A stretch of 64,000 nt of DNA from NCBI GenBank assembly GCA_964016885.1, contig OZ024743.1:312046001-312110000 (forward strand), in the 5' to 3' direction. Origin of the DNA: Eledone cirrhosa (lineage: Eukaryota). Below, in pieces: positions 57,001 through 64,000 of the stretch (the first letter of the stretch is position 1; the number at the start of each line of letters is the position of its first letter). The notes below the pieces were generated by a model. The model had not been told where the DNA came from. It was given only the letters and a program-made list of their open reading frames with translations, and ran no database searches. Position numbers and translations under genes: made by a program.

Positions 57001-60000
57001 CAAAAGAGTCTAGTCCACCCTGTAAAGTGGTCATGTTGGTGCCACAACAAAAGAATCTAGTCCACCCTGTAAAGTGTTCATGTTGGTTTCACAACAAAAG
57101 AGTCTAGTCCACCCTGTAAAGTGATCACATTGGTGCCACAACAAAAGAGTCTAGTCCACCCTGTAAAGTGGTCATGTTGGTTTCACAACCAAAGAGTCTA
57201 GTCCACCCTGTAAAGTGGTCATGTTGGTGCCACAACAAAAGAGTCTAGTCCACCCTGTAAAGTGGTAATGTTGTTGTCACAACAAAAGACTCTAGTCCAC
57301 CCTGTAAAGTGATCCCATTGGTGCCACAACAAAAGAGTCTAGTCCACCCTGTAAAGTGGTCATGTTGGTGCCACAACAAAAGAGTCTAGTCCACCCTGTA
57401 AAGTGGTCATGTTGGTGCCACAACAAAAGAATCTAGTCCACCCTGTAAAGTGGTCATGTTGGTGTCACAAGAAAAGAGTCTAGTCCACCCTGTAAAGTGG
57501 TCATGTTGGTGCCACAACAAAAGAGTCTAGTCCACCCTGTAAAGGGGTCATGTTGGTGCCACAACAAAAGAGTCTAGTCCACCCTGTAAAGTGGTAATGT
57601 TGTTGTCACAACAAAAGACTCTAGTCCACCCTGTAAAGTGATCCCATTGGTGCCACAACAAAAGAGTCTAGTCCACCCTGTAAAGTGGTCATGTTGGTGC
57701 CACAACAAAAGAGTCTAGTCCACCCTGTAAAGTGGTCATGTTGGTTCCACAACAAAAGAATCTAGTCCACCCTGTAAAGTGGTCATGTTGGTGTCACAAG
57801 AAAAGAGTCTAGTCCACCCTGTAAAGTGGTCATGTTGGTGCCACAACAAAAGAGTCTAGTCCACCCTGTAAAGTGGTCAGGTTGGTGCCACAACAAAAGA
57901 GTCTAGTCCACCCTGTAAAGGGGTCATGTTGGTGCCACAACAAAAGAGTCTAGTCCACCCTGTAAAGTGGTTATGTTGGTGTCACAACAAAAGAGTCTAG
58001 TCCACCCTGTAAAGTGGTAATGTTGGTGTCACAACATAAGACTCTAGTCCACCCTGTAAAGTGATCACATTGGTGCCACAACAAAAGAGTCTAGTCCACC
58101 CTGTAAAGTGGTCATGTTGGTGCCACAACATAAGAGTCTAGTCCACCCTGTAAAGTGGTCATGTTGGTGCAACAACAAAAGAATCTAGTCCACCCTGTAA
58201 AGTGGTCATGTTAGTTTCACAACAAAAGAGTCTAGTCCACACTGTAAAGTGGTCATGTTGGTGCCACAACAAAAGAGTCTAGTCCACCCTATAAAGTGGT
58301 CATGTTGGTGCCACAACAAAATAGTCTAGTCCACCCTATAAAGTGATCACATTTGTGCCACAGCAAAAGAGTCTAGTCCACCCTGTAAAGTGATCACATT
58401 GGTGCCACAACAAAAGAGTCTAGTCCATCCTGTAAAGTGGTCATGTTGGTGCCACAACAAAAGAGTCTAGTCCACCCTGTAAAGTGGTCTTGTTGGTATC
58501 ACAACAAAAGAGTCTAGTCCACTCTGTAAAGTGGTCATGTTGGTGCCACAACAAAAGAGTCTAGTCCACCCAGTAAAGTGATCACATTGGTGTCACAACA
58601 AGAGTCTAGTCCACCCTGTAAAGTGGTCATGTTGGTGTCACAACAAAAGAGACTAGTCCACCCTGTAAAGTGGTCATGTTGGTGTCACAACAAAAGAGTC
58701 TAGTCCACCCTGTAAAGCGGTCATGTTGGTGCCACAACAAAAGAGTCTAGTCCACCCTGTAAAGTGGTCATGTTGGTGCCACAACAAAAGAATCTAGTCT
58801 ACCCTGTAAAGTGGTCATGTTGGTTTCACAACAGAAGAGTCTAGTCCACCCTGTAAAGTGATCACATTGGTGCCACAACAAAAGAGTCTAGTCCACCCTG
58901 TAAAGTGGTCATGTTGGTGCCACAACAAAAGAGTCTAGTCCACCCTGTAAAGTGGTCATGTTGGTGCCACAACAAAAGAGTCTAGTCCACCCTGTAAAGT
59001 GGTCATGTTGGTGCCACAACAAAAGAGTCTAGTCCACCCTGTAAAGTGGTCATGTTGGTGTCACAACAAAAGAGTCTAGTCCACCCTGTAAAGTGGTAAT
59101 GTTGGTGTCACAACAAAAGACTCTAGTCCACCCTGTAAAGTGATCACATTGGTGCCACAACAAAAGAGTCTAGTCCACCCTGTAAAGTGGTCATGTTGGT
59201 GCCACAACATAAGAGTCTAGTCCACCCTGTAAAGTGGTCATGTTGGTGCAACAACAAAAGAATCTAGTCCACCCTGTAAAGTGGTCATGTTAGTTTCACA
59301 ACAAAAGAGTCTAGTCCACACTGTAAAGTGGTCATGTTGGTGCCACAACAAAAGAGTCTAGTCCACCCTATAAAGTGGTCATGTTGGTGCCACAACAAAA
59401 TAGTCTAGTCCACCCTGTAAAGTGATCACATTTGTGCCACAGCAAAAGAGTCTAGTCCACCCTGTAAAGTGATCACATTGGTGCCACAACAAAAGAGTCT
59501 AGTCCATCCTGTAAAGTGGTCATGTTGGTGCCACAACAAAAGAGTCTAGTCCACCCTGTAAAGTGGTCTTGTTGGTATCACAACAAAAGAGTCTAGTCCA
59601 CTCTGTAAAGTGGTCATGTTGGTGCCACAACAAAAGAGTCTAGTCCACCCAGTAAAGTGATCACATTGGTGTCACAACAAGAGTCTAGTCCACCCTGTAA
59701 AGTGGTCATGTTGGTGTCACAACAAAAGAGACTAGTCCACCCTGTAAAGTGGTCATGTTGGTGCAACAACAAAAGAGTCTAGTCCACCCTGTAAAGTGGT
59801 CATGTTGGTGCCACAACAAAAGAATCTAGTCCACCCTGTAAAGTGGTCATGTTGGTTTCACAACAAAAGAGTCTAGTCCACCCTGTAAAGTGATCACATT
59901 GGTGCCACAACAAAAGAGTCTAGTCCACCCTGTAAAGTGGTCATGTTGGTTTCACAACCAAAGAGTCTAGTCCACCCTGTAAAGTGGTCATGTTGGTGTC

Positions 60001-61399
60001 ACAACAAAAGAGTCTAGTCCACCCTGTAAAGTGGTAATGTTGTTGTCACAACAAAAGACTCTAGTCCACCCTGTAAAGTGATCCCATTGGTGCCACAACA
60101 AAAGAGTCTAGTCCACCCTGTAAAGTGGTCATGTTGGTGCCACAACAAAAGAGTCTAGTCCACCCTGTAAAGTGGTCATGTTGGTGCCACAACAAAAGAA
60201 TCTAGTCCACCCTGTAAAGTGGTCATGTTGGTGCCACAACAAAAGAGTCTAGTCCACCCTGTAAAGTGGTCATGTTGGTGCCCCAACAAAAGAGTCTAGT
60301 CCACCCTGTAAAGTGGTCATGTTGGTGCCACAACAAAAGAGTCTAGTCCACCCTGTAAAGTGATCACATTTGTGCCACAGAAAAAGAGTCTATTTCACCC
60401 TGTAAAGTGATCACGTTGGTGCCACAACAAAAGAGTCTAGTCCTCCCAGTAAAGTGATCACATTGGTGTCACAACAAAAGAGTCTAGTCCACCCTGTAAA
60501 GTGGTCATGTTGGTGTCACAACAAAAGAGTCTAGTCCACCCTGTAAAGTAGTCATGTTGGTGCCACAACAAAAGAGTCTATTTCACCCTGTAAAGTGGTC
60601 ATGTTGGTGCCACAACAAAAGTGTCTAGTCCACCCTGTAAAGTTGTCATGTTGGTGTCACAACAAAAGAGTCTAGTCCATCCTGTAAAGTAGTCATGTTG
60701 GTGTCACAACAAAAGAGTCTAGTCCACCATGTAAAGTGGTCATGTTGGTGTCACAACAAAAGAGTCTAGTCCATCCTGTAAAGTGGTCTTGTTGGTGCCA
60801 CAACAAAAGAGTCTAGTCCACCCTGTAAAGTAGTCATGTTGGTCTCACAACAAAAGAATCTAGTCCACCCTGTAAAGTGGTCATGTTGGTGTCACAACAA
60901 AAGAGTCTAGTCCACCCTATAAAGTGGTCATGTTGGTGCCACAACAAAAGAGTCTAGTCCACCCTGTAAAGTGGTCATGTTGGTGCCACAACAAAAGAGT
61001 CTAGTCCACCCTGTAAAGTGGTCATGTTGGTGCCACAACAAAAGCGTCTAGTCCACCCTGTAAAGTGGTCATGTTGGTGTCACAACAAAAGCGTCTAGTC
61101 CACCCTGTAAAGTGGTCATGTTGGTCCCACAACAAAAGAGTCTAGTCCACCCTGTAAAGTGGTCATGTTGGTGTCACAACAAAAGAGTCTAGTCCACCCT
61201 GTAAAGTGGTCATGTTGGTGCCACAACAAAAGAGTCTAGTCCACCCTGTAAAGTGGTCATGTTGGTGTCACAACAAAAGAGTCTAGTCCACCCTGTAACG
61301 TGGTCATGTTGGTGTCACAACAAAAGAGTCTAGTCCACCCTGTAGAGTGGTCGTGTTGGTGTCACAACAAAAAGCTGCTAATCCACACTATAAAGTGGT
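1..61399 (+). repeat. 47-bp tandem satellite array, about 1,300 monomers, single orientation, truncated by the left window edge
   Basis: Monomer CAACAAAAGAGTCTAGTCCACCCTGTAAAGTGGTCATGTTGGTGCCA starts at 1 and 48 and continues to the last intact monomer at 61318-61364. A degenerate terminal monomer lies at 61365-61399. Variation is almost entirely substitutions, plus a recurrent 2-bp deletion (CAACAAGAG, 45-bp monomer). Consensus GC is 22/47. No inversion or insertion was seen by eye. Confidence 0.99.
1675..10122 (+). repeat. Higher-order repeat: three tandem copies of a 2,816-bp 60-monomer unit (24-mer of 1,126 bp + 36-mer of 1,690 bp)
   Basis: Marker GGTCTTGTTGGTATC occurs at 1675, 2801, 4491, 5617, 7307, 8433 and 10123, with spacings alternating 1126/1690. 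An independent marker, TCTATTTCAA, occurs at 3531, 6347 and 9163 (spacing 2816). 2816 = 60x47 - 4. Confidence 0.93.
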
Positions 61400-61532
61400 T
61401 AGCATTAGGAAGGGCATCCAGCCATAAAAACCAAGCCAGAAACAGTTCTGTATGAGACATGGTAATCTGATTGACAACTCATCTAATTCATGCTAGCAAG
61501 GAAAAATGGACATTAGATGGTGATGATGATGA
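61365..61532 (+). mobile_element. 3' end of a non-LTR retroposon (RTE-clade LINE 3' UTR or a SINE sharing it), fused to the end of the satellite
   Basis: The degenerate last monomer continues as GTGGTTAGCATTAGGAAGGGCATCCAGCCATAAAAACC (core 61403-61418, repeated at 62488-62503). It ends CATGCTAGCAAGGAAAAATGGACATTAGATGG(TGA)n at about 61532. A short-repeat tail is typical of RTE-type elements, and the sequence resembles an abundant octopus retroposon 3' end as I recall it (not searched). Confidence 0.8.
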
Positions 61533-61544
61533 GAAGGAATATTT

Positions 61545-61559
61545 CCCTATGTAAATAAT
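61545..61559. repeat. Left target-site duplication of the SINE (CCCTATGTAAATAAT)
   Basis: An exact 15-bp direct repeat also present at 61745-61759, flanking the SINE. Confidence 0.9.
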
Positions 61560-61746
61560 TGTTTTCTACTCTAGGCACAAGGCCAGCAATTACCCAGTGC
61601 ATTACTGGTACTTTATTTTATCGACCCCGTAAGGATGAAAGGCAAAGCCAACCTCGGCGGGATTTGAACTCAGATCGTAAAGGGACGTAACTCTATGCTT
61701 CAAAGCATGGCGTCCGACCCTCTACCGATACTGCCAATCCACCGCC
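61560..61746 (-). mobile_element. tRNA-derived SINE with a Nin/Deu-type central core, full-length 5' head
   Basis: The minus strand starts GGCGGTGGATTGGCAGTATCGG (A-box-like) and has a B-box GAGTTCAAATCC. It continues GCCTTTCATCCTTACGGGGTCGATAAAATAAAGTACCAG, which matches the Nin-domain SINE core as recalled, and ends GCCTTGTGCCTAGAGTAGAAAACA. Flanked by a 15-bp direct repeat. Confidence 0.85.
61660..61736 (-). promoter_or_regulatory. Internal Pol III promoter of the SINE (A-box 61725-61736, B-box 61660-61671)
   Basis: Minus-strand TGGCAGTATCGG resembles the A-box consensus and GAGTTCAAATCC matches the GTTCRANNC B-box. Confidence 0.65.
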
Positions 61747-61759
61747 CTATGTAAATAAT
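61745..61759. repeat. Right target-site duplication of the SINE (CCCTATGTAAATAAT)
   Basis: Identical to 61545-61559. Its first two bases overlap the SINE 5' GG. Confidence 0.9.
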
Positions 61760-61807
61760 GTGTAAGAACGTGATTTTTGTTATTTATGAAAGAGTTAAAG
61801 TACTTAC

Positions 61808-61954
61808 CTGATGTGTAGTTTCTCTTACGGTACATACAAAATACAACAATGATGATTGTAACACTGCCAACCACACCAAACACAGTGCCAAGCATAATCT
61901 TTAATGATCTCTCATATTCTCCACTTTGATCTGAAGGTTGAATCACTACATCAC
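61808..61954 (-). CDS. Internal exon (147 nt, phase 1-1) encoding the transmembrane helix and basic stop-transfer motif of a type I membrane protein
   Basis: Acceptor tattttag|GT (AG at 61955-61956) and consensus donor CAG|gtaagt (GT at 61806-61807). Encodes (G)DVVIQPSDQSGEYERSLKIMLGTVFGVVGSVTIIIVVFCMYRKRNYTS(G): about 23 hydrophobic residues followed by RKR. Splices in frame to exon 63709-63831. Confidence 0.85.
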
Positions 61955-62034
61955 CTAAAATATAATTGTTTCTTTTTGTTTTATTTTCATTACAGCAAGG
62001 CAAAAAACAAAACAAATACTAATTATTATTTATA

Positions 62035-62187
62035 TCCAGGATGAACAGGTGACAGACAATTGACAGAGACCTGAAACACACCAACAAAAGTTAGAATGAT
62101 GTTTTGATAGATGCAACTGACTGTGGTTATTGAAGCACTTTGGCTGCTTCATGTGTCTCAAGATGCAGGAGCTTCTAAGTCTAAGTC
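62035..62187 (+). mobile_element. Decayed 3'-terminal fragment of an RTE/RTEX-like LINE ORF with a (TAAGTC)n tail
   Basis: The frame from 62041 reads MNR*QTIDRDLKHTNKS*NDVLIDATDCGY*STLAASCVSRCRSF*. This fits the RTE C-terminal pattern WRxTxxxDL...W...AxDRxxWR...C, with stops at the expected W/R positions. It is followed by TAAGTCTAAGTC. Confidence 0.6.
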
Positions 62188-62636
62188 AATCTTACAGAAA
62201 CAATACAAGGTAGAGAGGACTCATCAGTTGTGCCGAAGACATGGCAACCTCTCTAGTGCTGGTGCTATGATAAAATGCACCCAGTACACTCTGTAAAGTT
62301 GTAGTGTTGGTGCCGCAATAAAATGTACCTAGTACTCACTGTAAAATAGTAGTGCTGATGCCACAATAACATGCCCCCACTACACACTCTAAAGTGACAG
62401 TACTGGTGCCACAAAAAAATACACCCAGCACACACTGTAAAGTGTGCCATGATAAAATACAACCAGTACACTATGTTAAACAGTTGCCATTAGGAAGGGC
62501 ATCAAGCCATAGAAACCATTCCAATATATGGAACATATAAGCAAGGCATGGTATCTGAATTGTCTTGTCTCAGGCCATGACTATCTGTGAAACCTAAAAC
62601 CACCAAATATGTAGATATAAAATAAAATGATGATGA
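62188..62636 (+). mobile_element. Second, unexpanded copy of the retroposon 3' end, with an internal 48-bp minisatellite
   Basis: Tandem units at 62255-62486 are followed by CATTAGGAAGGGCATCAAGCCATAGAAACCA (62488-62518, nearly identical to 61403-61433) and a TGATGATGA tail at about 62628-62636. The 5' boundary is approximate. Confidence 0.75.
62255..62486 (+). repeat. About 5 diverged 48-bp tandem units homologous to the 47-bp satellite monomer
   Basis: Units start at 62255, 62303, 62351, 62399 and (partial) 62444. Unit 2, GTGTTGGTGCCGCAATAAAATGTACCTAGTACTCACTGTAAAATAGTA, aligns to the monomer at about 35/48 positions with one gap (manual alignment). Confidence 0.88.
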
Positions 62637-62807
62637 CTATAACTTGATACCAAGAATTCATCACATATGACGTCTAATGACAGTATGAACCATAATACAC
62701 AGTAAATATTATATATCAAATCATATAGGTAATGGATGTATTTTATCATGGCACCAACCAACACAATTTTATGAGGTTCTTATTTAAATAAAATTTTTCC
62801 AAATTAT

Positions 62808-63180
62808 TAATAATTTTAGCAAATCCCTCAAATTCTTCATTAATTGAAATAGAGGGCATTTCATAAGAAATAAAATCACAAAAGGATTTGTTATTTCTAG
62901 ATTTGTTACTTCCAAGAAGTTTAAGGCATTTATTTTGCATCCATTCTTACCATTAACTACTCGTGTGTATCTTACGAAGTCCCTCTTCTCTGTAAGCCTG
63001 CCTATGATGCCATTACACCTCTTGTGTGTCCATAGTTCCCACTGCATACACTATATGAAATGTTAACCAACTATTTTTCTGCATATTGAACAGTCATCTA
63101 TTTTCCCAGTGAGTCGAGATATCTCTCTTGCTAATTAAAACCTTATCATAAATAGGTAAATTTTAATGGCTCTTATTCCT
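62808..63180 (-). mobile_element. Decayed RTE-clade LINE ORF fragment (post-RT region with a Cys/His, PHD-like finger)
   Basis: The minus strand reads KVLISKR...CSICRKIVG*HFI*CMQWELWTHKRCNGIIGRLTEKRDFV...KNLRDLLKLL, with in-frame stops and frameshifts. This matches the CxxC..CxxCxxWxHxxC and KFRELLPLL-like motifs of some RTE LINEs as recalled. Boundaries are approximate. Confidence 0.7.
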
Positions 63181-63708
63181 TAGTAACACTTTAATATAAA
63201 AAATATTTCCCCTTTTTGTATGATGGAGAAAAAAAAAATGTTCTCAGATTAGCCATAAAGGGAAATAACATTACAATAATAAATAGAGTTGTCTCCCTAT
63301 ATATTATAACACTTTTTGGAATTAAATTTAGTTTTATAATATAGAGTTCAATCAACAAGATCCAAGACCTCCTCGTTCGCTTACTGAGTTGGATGAAACT
63401 CGTCAAATCAGACCATGGAAACAATGTTTCCATTGGTCTTTCCATTGCCAATACTATCTACCGGTTGCAACTTCTGGCAGAAGTTTTATAATAGAATACC
63501 TTTAATTTAAAATGTATATATCTGAATTTCACCCATCTATCATAAATTTTAAGAACTTTTTGTTAAATTATGTGCCAAATGCCAGCTAATAATGAACATT
63601 TCAGTTTCTTTACAAAATACTCCAAATTCTTCATTATCTTCAGAATTAATTCGTGGACAATGAATTTAGTTAGGAAGTCAGAAAAATATAGAATTAGCTA
63701 TAGTTTAC

Positions 63709-63831
63709 CTTGTCTGCGACTGGTACTTCTTGTTTCAGGAGTTGTTGTCTTTACCATATCTGAAGTGCTACTAATTCGGTGTTTAATAAATGTGGTAGTG
63801 GTAGTTACTGGTTTACTTGACATACTGCGTC
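63709..63831 (-). CDS. Internal exon (123 nt, phase 1-1) encoding an S/T-rich, mucin-like juxtamembrane stalk
   Basis: Strong acceptor ttattatcattttgtttttgtgtcag (AG at 63832-63833) and donor AAG|gtaaac. Encodes RSMSSKPVTTTTTFIKHRISSTSDMVKTTTPETRSTSRRQ(G) with no stops, in frame with the TM exon. Absent from the ORF track. Confidence 0.82.
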
Positions 63832-64000
63832 CTGACACAAAAACAAAATGATAATAACAACATTTTCTTTATTTTAAATCATTATTTCAGTTGGCCACAT
63901 AAACCTAAGACGCTGAGAGAGAGAACAAGGGCAAAATAGGAAAAAAGACATTTGGCATTCTTGCTATCAGAACGGAGTGCTGCCAGATGGTTTGAGCCCC

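Larger units (their letters stand above)
61955..63708 (-). other. GT-AG intron (1,754 bp) between the stalk and TM exons, containing retroposon relics
   Basis: Donor AAG|gtaaac at 63707-63708 and acceptor ttttag at 61955-61956. Phase 1 on both sides rebuilds a GGT (Gly) codon. Confidence 0.8.

Noticed and set aside
1-61399. CRISPR array
   Set aside because: The repeats are head-to-tail with no unique spacers, there are no cas genes, and the context is eukaryotic (introns, SINE, LINE relics).
1-61399. Repetitive protein-coding region (mucin- or EGF-repeat-like exon)
   Set aside because: The 47-bp period is not a multiple of 3, and each monomer has stops on both strands (TAG/TAA on plus; TGA/TAG on minus), so all frames close within a few units.
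61660-61746. tRNA gene
   Set aside because: A- and B-boxes are present, but there is no cloverleaf. It is followed by a SINE core and flanked by a TSD, so it is a SINE head.
61722-62015. 97-aa ORF as a stand-alone gene
   Set aside because: Only 61808-61954 is bounded by splice sites. The N-terminal part is AT-rich intron without an ATG start and the C-terminal part runs into a SINE.
62111-62296. 61-aa plus-strand ORF
   Set aside because: It is an off-frame reading across a LINE terminus and a retroposon 3' region, with no coding signature.
62265-62471. 68-aa Cys/His-rich repeat peptide (WHQY..F.V)
   Set aside because: The 16-aa periodicity follows from the antisense 48-bp minisatellite units. 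There is no splice or other support for translation.
62746-63047. Two overlapping minus-strand ORFs as host genes
   Set aside because: They are better explained as frameshifted pieces of a decayed RTE LINE.
63384-63403. Hammerhead ribozyme core (CTGA...GAAAC)
   Set aside because: It lacks the CUGANGA core and a proper stem II.
63385-63453. Possible 69-nt phase 1-1 cassette exon on the minus strand (LAMERPMETLFPWSDLTSFIQL) with a GTAAGC donor
   Set aside because: The frame and donor fit, but the acceptor (ccggtagatag) has no pyrimidine tract. Not supportable without RNA data.
63570-63851. 93-aa hydrophobic plus-strand ORF
   Set aside because: The Val-rich stretch is the antisense shadow of the Thr codons in the minus-strand exon at 63709-63831.

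Overview
Eukaryotic (metazoan) DNA, most likely octopus; that assignment rests on recalled repeat-family sequences, not a search. About 96% of the window (1-61,399) is one uninterrupted head-to-tail satellite of a 47-bp monomer (consensus CAACAAAAGAGTCTAGTCCACCCTGTAAAGTGGTCATGTTGGTGCCA, about 1,300 copies, open at the left edge). It shows layered higher-order structure: a 23/24-mer cassette, a 60-mer of 2,816 bp present three times, and block duplications at offsets of 1.5-9 kb. The array is not free-standing. Its last monomer runs directly into the 3' end of a non-LTR retroposon (CATTAGGAAGGGCATC...(GAT)n tail), and a second copy of that retroposon end about 900 bp away carries about 5 diverged 48-bp units homologous to the monomer. 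The satellite therefore looks like a massive in-place expansion of a retroposon-internal minisatellite. The unique 2.6 kb at the right holds two in-frame minus-strand exons (63709-63831, an S/T-rich stalk; 61808-61954, a transmembrane helix followed by RKR) of a type I membrane protein. The downstream intron of that gene apparently contains the whole array (>61.8 kb). Also present: a tRNA-derived SINE with a 15-bp target-site duplication and two decayed RTE-like LINE fragments. There is no CRISPR array or prokaryotic system.
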